The translations under genes and the position numbers were made by a program. From IMG/VR virus record IMGVR_UViG_3300007513_000041, positions 1 to 60,212 of that record: 60,212 bases of DNA; one strand, written 5' to 3'. The DNA comes from a virus (Duplodnaviria; Caudoviricetes). Positions 48,987 to 58,682 of this stretch are shown piece after piece. How positions within the stretch are numbered: the stretch's first letter is position 1; each line of letters starts with the position of its first letter. The notes beneath the pieces were generated by a model that was not told where the DNA came from, ran no database searches, and saw only the letters and a list, made by a program, of their open reading frames with translations.

Positions 48987-49625
48987 ATGGCTACAACCTA
49001 TTGCAGTGTAGAAGACGTATCTGATTTTCTAAGAGTTCCTATTACAGCAACCACAACTCCTAACAAGACTCAGGTTGAAAAAATCATTAACAGGAAAGAG
49101 GATGAGATTGATCGAAGAATTGGTCATGCATGGAGATCAACAAAGGTATACAATGAGAGACATGATTTACCATTACTTTATACTTTCGGCTGGGGTACTC
49201 CGTTATGGCTACAACACAGAAATATTTATGATTTTGATGTATCAGAGGGAGATAAAATAGAAATTTGGCAGGGTTCTTCTGCAACATATGAAAACATCTT
49301 AACCAATTCTCAGTGGTATGATATGGATTATCAATATGGTAGATTATATCTTAGAGGTTTTATATTTTCAATTTTAAGAAAAAACAGAGTTAGAGTATCT
49401 TATAGATATGGTGGGGAAAAATTTTCAGGAGACACAAACATACCTAATGATATAGAAGATATGTGTGTGAAACTTACAGCTATAGACCTTCTCACAACAA
49501 GTTTTAGAATGGATAGATTACCAGTTGGTGGTAATTCAATGTCTTGGGGAGACATGATCAAAGCATGGAAGGAAGATATAGAACAATGTGTGATAAATCG
49601 TAGAGAAGCATTTGTGATACCATAA
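48987..49625 (+). CDS. Head-tail adaptor
   Basis: YCSVEDV...EIDRRIG...VRVSYRYG...IPNDIE. Confidence 0.8.
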   Translation: MATTYCSVEDVSDFLRVPITATTTPNKTQVEKIINRKEDEIDRRIGHAWRSTKVYNERHDLPLLYTFGWGTPLWLQHRNIYDFDVSEGDKIEIWQGSSATYENILTNSQWYDMDYQYGRLYLRGFIFSILRKNRVRVSYRYGGEKFSGDTNIPNDIEDMCVKLTAIDLLTTSFRMDRLPVGGNSMSWGDMIKAWKEDIEQCVINRREAFVIP

Positions 49626-50095
49626 TGGGTATTAAACTAAGTTTTGATATTAGCAAAGACGTTCTTACTAAAGTGTTTAGCCAAATGAAAGAACATTTGA
49701 CAGAAAGAGTGGCAACACCGATAGCAAGAAAACTCGGTAAATCTGTAGCAGAAATTAAAAATGAAGATGGTAATATAGTTATCGAGGGAAGATTTATTAG
49801 CAGCACTGTAAATCTAGGGAAAGCAGGTATTACTCCTGAACAAGTGGGAGAAGCTTTATCAGTACAGGTAGAACAGGAAATAACATTAACTTTTGTTACT
49901 AGGGGAGATTCTAGAGTGTGTCAGATGTGTGAATCATTTGAGGCAGAGCATGGTGAGTTAAGCACAGCAGATCCTAAAGATGTTGAAATATTAAACCAAT
50001 ACAATATAATGGTAGAGTTGGAGAGACAACCAATGCCATTACATGAAAGATGCAGATGTCAAGTTGTAAGAGGAGTTGAGAAGAGAGCAAAATGA
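49625..50095 (+). CDS. Protein with MuF-like C-terminus
   Basis: GDSRVCQMC...PMPLHERCRC. Confidence 0.65.
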   Translation: MGIKLSFDISKDVLTKVFSQMKEHLTERVATPIARKLGKSVAEIKNEDGNIVIEGRFISSTVNLGKAGITPEQVGEALSVQVEQEITLTFVTRGDSRVCQMCESFEAEHGELSTADPKDVEILNQYNIMVELERQPMPLHERCRCQVVRGVEKRAK

Positions 50096-50505
50096 GTTCA
50101 GCAATTTATACAGCATTAAACGACATGGTAAGCATGCTAAAGACAGAGTGGTCAGATGGACAGACACCTAATATCAAGGCTCTTTGGGAAGAAAAATCTG
50201 CAGGGTTTATAGATGACAGGAGAGACATGATATTAGTATATCCAAAAAACGAATCCATAGAATACTTTGGTCTTTATGGGTCAGATTTTTTACACCTTGT
50301 AGATATAACTATAGAGGCTAGATCATACATGGATCAGGAAAAAATAGATAATGTAAACAAGGAGATTTTAAGAATAATTAAGGGAAATATACGAAGAACT
50401 GGATTTATTGACCTAATGGTTACTTCTACAATATCACAGAATGACCAACTAAGGAACATGTTCAAGCATGTAATAAACGTCAGATACAGGAAGGATAATC
50501 CATGA
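50092..50505 (+). CDS. Probable tail terminator
   Basis: Size and position before the tail tube gene. Confidence 0.55.
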   Translation: MSSAIYTALNDMVSMLKTEWSDGQTPNIKALWEEKSAGFIDDRRDMILVYPKNESIEYFGLYGSDFLHLVDITIEARSYMDQEKIDNVNKEILRIIKGNIRRTGFIDLMVTSTISQNDQLRNMFKHVINVRYRKDNP

Positions 50506-50547
50506 TTAGAAATCTTTATATCCTTAAACGGTTAATCAGATAATATA

Positions 50548-51555
50548 ATGGTAAGAACAGGTGCTTTTGCATATGCAAAATATGGTTACGAGACTACATT
50601 TGCTACAGCAGTCACAGCAAATAAGAAATTTGGATTACAAGATAAGGTAGGGAGTTGGTCTTTAACCAACAATAGGATTAATTTAGCACAATTAAACCAG
50701 ATAGAACCTAATAAATTCGCATATGGACAGCAACAAGGAAGCCTTTCAATGAACTATGTTCTGAGCAACCCTTGGGTTTTTGGAGCAATTTATGGTACAC
50801 CATCAGTGGGATCAGTATCAAACGGAGTTGCAACACACTCATATCCACATGCCTCAAACGGTCAGCCTAAAAACGTAAGATCAGCAACAGTCGAAATAGC
50901 ATTTGATGCATCAGATTCAGGTGGTGGAGACATAGTAAGAACATTAAAGGGTTGTGTAACAAATTCATTAGCATTATCTACGACAGTAGGACAAACTGTT
51001 GACGTAACACATGATATGAGTTATGGTAAGGAAGACGCACCAGCAACTACATTTACTGGAAGTAATGCACCAGCATTACCAACAAGTGAATTTCCATACA
51101 CATTCGCGCACGCAAGATTAAAAGTAGCAGATTCTATAATAGCACAAGTTCAGGATTTAGATATTACATTCACTCAAAACTCTGATATGTTATGGGGTCT
51201 TAATGATCATCAAGCACAGGCATCATATAGGAGAGTGTTTGACATTACTGGAAGATTCAGAGCGTCATGGCTTGATAAAAGCAGATTAGAAGATGTATTA
51301 AATCAGGTTAAGGCAGGTACTTCTGGAAACTTTGTTGAAACTGCAGGAGGAAATGTAGAACTTGAGATAGTTTTCAGTAATGGACAGTCAGGAGCAAACC
51401 TAAAAACAATAACAATACTAGGAAGTGGTCTAGCACCAACAAACATAAACATCACAGGAATAGAGCCTGTTGAACCTGTATTCGAGGAAATTGAATGGCA
51501 GGTAAAATCATGCACAATTTCATGTGATAACTCTATATCAGCAGCAGAAGAATAA
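50548..51555 (+). CDS. Major tail tube protein
   Basis: YGYETTFAT N-terminus; GCVTNSLALS; FDITGRF. Confidence 0.8.
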   Translation: MVRTGAFAYAKYGYETTFATAVTANKKFGLQDKVGSWSLTNNRINLAQLNQIEPNKFAYGQQQGSLSMNYVLSNPWVFGAIYGTPSVGSVSNGVATHSYPHASNGQPKNVRSATVEIAFDASDSGGGDIVRTLKGCVTNSLALSTTVGQTVDVTHDMSYGKEDAPATTFTGSNAPALPTSEFPYTFAHARLKVADSIIAQVQDLDITFTQNSDMLWGLNDHQAQASYRRVFDITGRFRASWLDKSRLEDVLNQVKAGTSGNFVETAGGNVELEIVFSNGQSGANLKTITILGSGLAPTNINITGIEPVEPVFEEIEWQVKSCTISCDNSISAAEE

Positions 51556-51597
51556 TCATAAGATTTATAAAGAGCAAATTCTATCATCAATGTAATA

Positions 51598-51990
51598 ATG
51601 ACGATACAAAGTTTCGAGATAGACTATGAAGGTAAAAAGGAGACCATTGAGTATGAAGATGACCTTGCATTTGGGGAGCTGGAAGCGATTCTTAATCAAT
51701 GTCTAGACTTATCTGATGTAACTAAACCAAAAGTTAACTTACCTCAGTATAGGCAATCCATACTATTAAAGGCAGTTGTAAAAGCTCCTTTTAATGTAGA
51801 CCTTCCTACGTTAAGAAATCTCAAAACCAGTGTGGTCAACCAAGTTTTAAAGGGGGTTTTAAAGGACTTCCCTTTAGTAAGGTTTTTAGAGGATTGGGTG
51901 GGAACATTCGTAGGTCTGGAAGATATGAGTATCAAGCAAGTATCTACTACTTCTTTGCGAAAGAGTTCGGCTGGGAACAAGAAAAAGTAG
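51598..51990 (+). CDS. Tail assembly chaperone (G-like)
   Basis: Between tail tube and tape measure; slippery heptamers. Confidence 0.75.
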   Translation: MTIQSFEIDYEGKKETIEYEDDLAFGELEAILNQCLDLSDVTKPKVNLPQYRQSILLKAVVKAPFNVDLPTLRNLKTSVVNQVLKGVLKDFPLVRFLEDWVGTFVGLEDMSIKQVSTTSLRKSSAGNKKK

Positions 51991-52094
51991 ACCGACAAAG
52001 CACCCATTATCTGAGTTTAATAATAGACAAGTGGAATGAGGAACAGAGGAGATCTAAGAGTAAAATGCCTCCAATGCCTCGAAAACTTAAATAA
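51846..52094 (+). CDS. -1 frameshift extension of the tail chaperone (GT-like)
   Basis: -1 frame open from the slippery sites: ...IYYFFAKEFGWEQEKVD... Confidence 0.7.
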   Translation, partial: FKGGFKGLPFSKVFRGLGGNIRRSGRYEYQASIYYFFAKEFGWEQEKVDRQSTHYLSLIIDKWNEEQRRSKSKMPPMPRKLK

Positions 52095-52115
52095 GTATAA
52101 GACACACACTATTAT

Positions 52116-53684
52116 ATGGTAGATAAAGTTGAATTCACTGTTGAGGTTTCTGCAAATTCACTGAAAAAACTGAAACGAACTATGTCTGATTTAGAAGTAA
52201 AATTAGACGAATCTGCAGTAAAAGAACTAAGTAGTCACATGATAGATCTTGGAGAAGCTATAGCACATAACACAATAACAATACAGGAATTAATTGATAA
52301 ATTTGGTGAAGGTGAAGGAGGATTTGGTGCTATGGGAGGAAGTGGTAATATAGGTGGAAGTAGTAAGATTTTAGAACAAATAAGGGATATGTTGGAAAAT
52401 AACGGAGCTAGATTAAAATCTTTAGCAGATATAAACGAGGGTGGAATTAATGAAGCAGCACATAAAAGATTAAAACAAATGAGTATATCACAAATGATAC
52501 TTGACGATCAGCTCAAGACAAAGAGAATATGGATGAGAGCAATCATTGGTGGTGGTGGTGGTCAATCTGGAATTATGAGAACATTACAAGCTGGTGGTGG
52601 AGTATTATTTTCAAATATAATTGAAAAAGCTCAAGATGTTATGAAATATCAGACAGCAAAAGCAGAAGGTAAACTGGATACGTCATCTCCAATATTTAAA
52701 TCACAGTCTGATGAATCAAAGAGAGAGCAAGCAGGTGGACTAGTAGGAAAATTTGATGATGTTCAAAAGAGGGCTGAAGGTAGATTTGGAAAAGTATTAG
52801 GTAAATTAGGTGGGGGTAAAGGTATGAAAATGGCAGGAGCTGTAGGACTAGGAGCTTTAGGATTAGCATCATTAGCAAAGAAAGGATTTCAAGCATTAGT
52901 AGAATCATCTCCAATGCTCAAGCAAATGATGAAGATGTTGAATTTCGGTGTCATGATGATACTCAGACCAATAGGTGACTTTTTCGGATTCTTCCTAAGA
53001 CCAATATTTGTTTACTTGTTAAGAAAGTTTATCATACCATTCTATCAGACATACCTACCTATGATGCAACAAATGGGAATGGATTTGGGAGAAACTGTAG
53101 TAGCGTGGTTAATGGCAATAGGAAAAGCAATGAATTGGTTAATTGGTATAGAACAAAAACAGGCAGGCTCAGGCAGTGTTCCTGATGCAGACATACAAGC
53201 AGCACAATTAAAAGAGATGGAGAGAATGAAGCAAGAGGGAGCATCTCAAACTGAAATAGCCAACAGGATGCTTGAAGGCGTAACAACACATGGTTATGTA
53301 ACTGATCCAGACCCTGAATTAACAAAATGGGGAACAAAATTACCTGAGATAGTAAACCAGAGTGTAGATAATACGAAGTTAGCAGCAACAGGTATTACTA
53401 GTACATTAGAAGCTTTAGAGGCTATTAAAGATCAACCAACATTAGGAACACTTGTTGGAAATGGTACATATTCTAATCCTTTAATTGATCCTGAACCTCC
53501 TATGGACAGTGGTTCTCAGTTCCCAAGTTACTATCAATCACCTCAACCACCTACTGTACATCTTGAAATAAATGTGGAGGGAGATTTAACTAAAGATGTA
53601 ATGGAGATGGATTTAGAACCAAAGATGGAACAGATTGCAACGGATGTGGTAAAGAGAACATATAATATGGAGAATAGGAGATAG
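52116..53684 (+). CDS. Tape measure protein
   Basis: Helical, Gly-rich, hydrophobic segments; follows the chaperone. Confidence 0.75.
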   Translation: MVDKVEFTVEVSANSLKKLKRTMSDLEVKLDESAVKELSSHMIDLGEAIAHNTITIQELIDKFGEGEGGFGAMGGSGNIGGSSKILEQIRDMLENNGARLKSLADINEGGINEAAHKRLKQMSISQMILDDQLKTKRIWMRAIIGGGGGQSGIMRTLQAGGGVLFSNIIEKAQDVMKYQTAKAEGKLDTSSPIFKSQSDESKREQAGGLVGKFDDVQKRAEGRFGKVLGKLGGGKGMKMAGAVGLGALGLASLAKKGFQALVESSPMLKQMMKMLNFGVMMILRPIGDFFGFFLRPIFVYLLRKFIIPFYQTYLPMMQQMGMDLGETVVAWLMAIGKAMNWLIGIEQKQAGSGSVPDADIQAAQLKEMERMKQEGASQTEIANRMLEGVTTHGYVTDPDPELTKWGTKLPEIVNQSVDNTKLAATGITSTLEALEAIKDQPTLGTLVGNGTYSNPLIDPEPPMDSGSQFPSYYQSPQPPTVHLEINVEGDLTKDVMEMDLEPKMEQIATDVVKRTYNMENRR

Positions 53685-53686
53685 AT

Positions 53687-54628
53687 ATGGCAGAAATCTG
53701 GTTAAGAAAATATAAGGGTGATGATATAGCGATGGTATTTAAAATAAAAGTATTTGATAATATAGCTTGGAAATTTACATCACCAATATCTCCGATGCCA
53801 TTACCAGAGGAAAGTGGACAGGAAAATGTATTGGTAAAAATGGAGGGAAATACTCACACAGTACAGCTTACTTGGTTAATCAAAGAGGAAACTGTAAACT
53901 CAGGAGTTACAAACTCAACTGTAGGTGGTAATGCAGGATCAACCAAAACTATATTTGAGCAACTTAAATGGTTTTCTGTAGCAGAAGGTTTCATAGGAAG
54001 TAGTATGGAAGACAAATTTGATATACTTATTTTTGATAATTTTAACAAACACCCAAGTGGAACGTTGGATACATATCCAATGACTGCTGGCTCTGTTTCA
54101 GAAGGAACTTATGTTGAGTTTGATCCTGTTTCACCACCTGCTGATCCAGACAATCCTAATACAGGTGATTGGTTGGGCTTGTCACATTCTATGGAAGGGT
54201 ATATCAGAGACTTACAGTTCAGAACAGCATCAAATGAGCCTGCAACACTTAGGGCTACGGTTGAATTTATAGAGGGAAATGCTATTAATAGTTATCAAGG
54301 GTCTAAACCAGCAAATCCAACAAATCTTAGACTATTAGAACCAACAGAAAGTGAGACATCTTCTGCCAAAAAGATACTAGTGAAATGGAATGCACCAACT
54401 CATACAGGAAATTCAGCATTAGTCAGATATGACATAATGTACAGGATTACTGCAAGTAATGATGAATTCTTACCACATCCAGTAGCTACAAATAACGCAG
54501 GATCAGGTGGATATCACTTAGGTGGTCTTTCTCCTAGTACACAATACTCGATAAGGGTTAGAGCAGTAAACAGTGAGGGAGTAGGAAGGGTATCTGCAAC
54601 GCAACACTTTACCACAGCATCACCATGA
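53687..54628 (+). CDS. Distal tail protein with C-terminal FN3 domain
   Basis: PANPTNL...VKWNAP...LSPSTQYSIRVRAVNSEG. Confidence 0.7.
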   Translation: MAEIWLRKYKGDDIAMVFKIKVFDNIAWKFTSPISPMPLPEESGQENVLVKMEGNTHTVQLTWLIKEETVNSGVTNSTVGGNAGSTKTIFEQLKWFSVAEGFIGSSMEDKFDILIFDNFNKHPSGTLDTYPMTAGSVSEGTYVEFDPVSPPADPDNPNTGDWLGLSHSMEGYIRDLQFRTASNEPATLRATVEFIEGNAINSYQGSKPANPTNLRLLEPTESETSSAKKILVKWNAPTHTGNSALVRYDIMYRITASNDEFLPHPVATNNAGSGGYHLGGLSPSTQYSIRVRAVNSEGVGRVSATQHFTTASP

Positions 54629-56895
54629 CAGATAAAATAAACGCGATAATAGAAAGAAGCTCAACAGATATACAAAGAGCGCCTATAATAAAAGCAATAG
54701 TACGCAGAGATGGATCTAGGGCTATTGACACAGCGTCAATCACAATACCATCAGGATATAGGGTTTCAGTTAATGATACTGTATCATATATTCAAGACGA
54801 TGCTGCTCTTACATACCTTGTTGCATTATGGAATTTTCAAGGAAGCACCAGAGATGAAGGTGGTTATCATCATGACGGAGATACTGCATCTGGTGGATAT
54901 ATAGAACCAGAGGGATTACATAACAGACTAGCATATAGAACAAACTACGGACTTAAATTTACAGCAGCAGGTCAGGAGGTCACAGTTGCTGATAATACAA
55001 GTAATGGAGTAAGTGGTGGGGATAATGCAGGAAGTTTTAATCCTACAACATTGGATTTTAGACATCAATTTGATATAATAATCAATTTTAAAGTTACAGA
55101 TGATGGTAGTTCAGGTTCACTCACAAACACAACTCAGATATTATTCTCTAAGCACGATGGAACTAATGGTGTTGAAATAGGAATAAAACAAGTCAGCTCT
55201 AAATGGGTTGTTTATGCAAAACTTGATTCTACTACGTTCACAGGAGATGGTACATTATACGGAATTAGTGCTTCTGTTGGAAAAATGGAAGATGATGATA
55301 CTGGTGCAACAAGATGTATAAGATTTTACAGAGATGACACAAACAGGGTAAGATTAACTCTTGACGGTATTGAAGATGGAACTAACTGTACGCAGACTGT
55401 AGCCACAAACACAAACGCAAGACCTACAACAGCTCTGAAAATAGGGTCAAATGGAACTGATGATTTCAAGGGTATGATTTTTCAAATAAGAGTTTACTGT
55501 GGAGGGTTTTTGGATGAAAATGATTTTGAAACACTTATGTCTGCAGGCGCTCAGCAAATGACACAGAAAATATCAGGTAATGTATGGAGAAGAGAAGACT
55601 CATTAAAGAATATAAAAATTGAAATAAAAAGCAGATCAAGGAGTATACTTGATAGTGAAATAAGTTTTGACACAATACATGATAATACTACAAATACATT
55701 AAAACCAGCCACTCATACAAAAAATCTGTTTTCTGGAAATCAGGGATTAAGTGATATACTACAGACAATTATCAATTATGTTGATGATGATTTTGTTTAT
55801 TTAAGATCCCCTGCAATAACATCACCTGTACAATTAAGCTACTCATCAGGAGGAGCTGGTAAATATCTTGCTGTTGGGAGATTTATAAAAAATGTTGAGT
55901 TATTAACAACTTTGGCAAATAGGTCGTTTTTAACATTTCCCACAAAGACATTTGTATGGGAAGAAAGCACAGACGGTGATAGTGATAAATTAAACAGTGG
56001 ATACGTATTCTCTGATTCAGAATATCAAATATATAATAGGGGTGAAGATGATTCAAAAGTAGTTAATGATCTTGAACTTTACGGTGATCTACAGTATAAA
56101 TATAAAGAACAGGTTTTTGATACACTTAGTAATTTTACAGCAAACACACCTCATGCAACAAAGTTTACATTCGCACCTCTTAATGTAACACTTGTACAGG
56201 GAAAAGCAAATTATGCTTCTGGTGGAGCTAATGGTTTTACCATTCCTGCAAGTAAATATGAAATAGATTTTAATGAAAGGACATTAACATTCCTAAATAC
56301 AAGTTGGACTAATCCTAGCTCGGTATCGTCTGATTATGTATGGGCTAAATATGTTTATGAAATACAAGATGATTTAACCATAGCTCAAGGTGCTACTGAT
56401 GATGCAACAAGACATTTAAAAATGCCAACTACTGGTCATAGTCACACTCTCGCAACTGCTTCACAGGGTATATATGGAATACGTTCAGCCAAGATGTATA
56501 TTCCTCAATTACTTAACCAAAGCACATTTTTTCTATTTGCAACTAAGTTTTTTAATAAATCATTAACTGCCAAAAAAAGATATACAGTTAAAGCACCATT
56601 TCTTATAAATTGTCTAAGGGAGAATCTTCAAATTACACTTTCAAGTACAACGATGAAATTCACTAATACTGATGAGTCTTCAGGTCTTATTAATGGTTTA
56701 CGAGTTGGAACTGCAGAAGATCAGTCTACATTATTAACTCCTGTAAAGAGTATTGTATGGAAATATCCTGAATGTGAGACAATTATTGAGTGTGGTGATC
56801 ATATGTATGATTTATATGATTCTTCTAAAGAGACTAATGATACTGCAGGAACTACTCAGGGAAGTATATTAAAGACAGGGGTTTCTATTTCATAA
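54625..56895 (+). CDS. Tail hub/baseplate protein with inserted LamG-like domain
   Basis: VALWNF...LFSKHDG...KIGSNG..FKGMIFQIRVY inside a hub-like ORF. Confidence 0.65.
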   Translation: MTDKINAIIERSSTDIQRAPIIKAIVRRDGSRAIDTASITIPSGYRVSVNDTVSYIQDDAALTYLVALWNFQGSTRDEGGYHHDGDTASGGYIEPEGLHNRLAYRTNYGLKFTAAGQEVTVADNTSNGVSGGDNAGSFNPTTLDFRHQFDIIINFKVTDDGSSGSLTNTTQILFSKHDGTNGVEIGIKQVSSKWVVYAKLDSTTFTGDGTLYGISASVGKMEDDDTGATRCIRFYRDDTNRVRLTLDGIEDGTNCTQTVATNTNARPTTALKIGSNGTDDFKGMIFQIRVYCGGFLDENDFETLMSAGAQQMTQKISGNVWRREDSLKNIKIEIKSRSRSILDSEISFDTIHDNTTNTLKPATHTKNLFSGNQGLSDILQTIINYVDDDFVYLRSPAITSPVQLSYSSGGAGKYLAVGRFIKNVELLTTLANRSFLTFPTKTFVWEESTDGDSDKLNSGYVFSDSEYQIYNRGEDDSKVVNDLELYGDLQYKYKEQVFDTLSNFTANTPHATKFTFAPLNVTLVQGKANYASGGANGFTIPASKYEIDFNERTLTFLNTSWTNPSSVSSDYVWAKYVYEIQDDLTIAQGATDDATRHLKMPTTGHSHTLATASQGIYGIRSAKMYIPQLLNQSTFFLFATKFFNKSLTAKKRYTVKAPFLINCLRENLQITLSSTTMKFTNTDESSGLINGLRVGTAEDQSTLLTPVKSIVWKYPECETIIECGDHMYDLYDSSKETNDTAGTTQGSILKTGVSIS

Positions 56896-56932
56896 GGCAA
56901 TCTTTAAATATCTAAAGTGAAGAATAATAACC

Positions 56933-57487
56933 ATGATTGAGACAATAGACCCACAAAACAATATTTGTGTCGTTCTGACTCACAAAGATGGGAGTAAAGA
57001 ATGGTTCTATGGAAAGAATACCGTAACAAATGACGGAGATATCTTTTACGCAAAGAAAGCAGTAGATACAGCACCAGCCACAAACGAAGACTTTAAGGCT
57101 TCAGCTTGTGTTTTACAAAACCCTTCAAGTGCAGACTCAATAGCCAAAACTGATACTTACCAACAGGTAAGCAACCCAATCACCACATCAGGTGCAGTTC
57201 AAGGCTTACAGTCAGGATATCCAAAAGCAGATGATACAGGTAACTCAGAAAACACAGGAGCAGCAGTAGACGCTGTAACTTACAAGTTCGCATGGACAAC
57301 AGCACAGATTAACACTTCTTCTGGTAATGCAATTACTGGTGGAGCAATTTATGACGTTGGACAAACAAGCCCTGTTAACGCAACAAAGCTGTTAACACAT
57401 TGGAACTTTACAAGCCCTGCATCATTCCATAAGACTAATACTGATACTCTAACACTTTACGTGAATCACACAATGAACGGTACATAG
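56933..57487 (+). CDS. Tail/baseplate structural protein
   Basis: KNTVTNDG...FHKTNTDTLTL. Confidence 0.55.
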   Translation: MIETIDPQNNICVVLTHKDGSKEWFYGKNTVTNDGDIFYAKKAVDTAPATNEDFKASACVLQNPSSADSIAKTDTYQQVSNPITTSGAVQGLQSGYPKADDTGNSENTGAAVDAVTYKFAWTTAQINTSSGNAITGGAIYDVGQTSPVNATKLLTHWNFTSPASFHKTNTDTLTLYVNHTMNGT

Positions 57488-57489
57488 TT

Positions 57490-57651
57490 ATGAGAATGGC
57501 AGATGTATTTGGATTATTGGAGAGATTAGGTATGGGATTTCCTAAAGGTAAATTATCAAAAGATGATGGTATGAATGCAAAAGTGAGATTCGAAGAGAGT
57601 ACCAATTTTATTCTAAAAAGTTCGAAAGGTAAAGTAACTAAGGGTAAGTGA
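57490..57651 (+). CDS. Small basic protein (53 aa)
   Basis: MRMADVFGLLERLG...; fills the intergenic gap. Confidence 0.5.
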   Translation: MRMADVFGLLERLGMGFPKGKLSKDDGMNAKVRFEESTNFILKSSKGKVTKGK

Positions 57652-57656
57652 TTTAA

Positions 57657-58673
57657 ATGGCACGTAAGGCATATGGTCTACATGCTACACAAGTTAACCT
57701 AAGCAGTTATCCAGATGATGGTACATCACCAGTAGGTTCTGCCGAATGGAATGAAGCACCAGACAATAAGGGAATGTTAGGATTTACACCAACAACATCA
57801 ACTATAACAATATCAAGTGGAGTAGCAACAATAACAGACAGTGTAACTATCATAGCAGCAGAGTCAAGCACATCTGATACTTTACAAAAATTAGCATTAG
57901 ATAATACAAATGAATATGATTTAGTTTATTTATTTGCAGACACAGGAGATACAATAACATTAGAACATGGTGATCTTAATGCAAATGGAGAAATTTCAAC
58001 TGTAAGTGGAGCTAATGAAACATTATCAACCACAGTACCAACAATCCTAATTAGGAAGGGAAATTACTGGTATGGATATGGTGGTGGTGGATCATCAACT
58101 CCAACAGACATTACAGTAGCAGATGAATCAAGCGACACAACATGTTTTCCATTATTTGTAACAGCAGCAACAGGTGACTTAGCACCAAAATCAGGAAGTA
58201 ATTTAGCATTTAATTCAAGTTCAGGTGTATTAACAGCAACAGGTTTTGCAGGAGCATTAACAGGTAATGTTACAGGAAACGCAGATACTGTTACTACTAA
58301 CGCAAACCTAACAGGTGATGTCACATCTAGTGGAAATGCCACAACAATAGCAGCAGGAGCAGTTGATATTGCTATGCTTTCAGCAAGTGGCTCAGCAGGT
58401 TCAGGAACATTCCTTAGAGGAGATAACACATGGGCAACACCATCAGGATCATTCGTAGCAACAGCAACTGCAAACTTAGATATGACAGGAGCTTACTCTA
58501 TTCATGATATTCAGACTTTATTCCTAGAACATCAATCAAGTGGTTTTGATGATGCGTCTAATGATAGAACAGACGAAAGTCAATTATTTGTAAAGCAAAT
58601 TGATTCAAATAATGATGCTTTATACATAAGACTCAGAAGGAACGGAGCTACGCAAAACGTTCAAATTGCATAG
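57657..58673 (+). CDS. Tail fibre protein
   Basis: GALTGNVTGNADT, LTGDVT, GTFLRGDNTW fibre motifs. Confidence 0.7.
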   Translation: MARKAYGLHATQVNLSSYPDDGTSPVGSAEWNEAPDNKGMLGFTPTTSTITISSGVATITDSVTIIAAESSTSDTLQKLALDNTNEYDLVYLFADTGDTITLEHGDLNANGEISTVSGANETLSTTVPTILIRKGNYWYGYGGGGSSTPTDITVADESSDTTCFPLFVTAATGDLAPKSGSNLAFNSSSGVLTATGFAGALTGNVTGNADTVTTNANLTGDVTSSGNATTIAAGAVDIAMLSASGSAGSGTFLRGDNTWATPSGSFVATATANLDMTGAYSIHDIQTLFLEHQSSGFDDASNDRTDESQLFVKQIDSNNDALYIRLRRNGATQNVQIA

Positions 58674-58682
58674 GTAACACCT

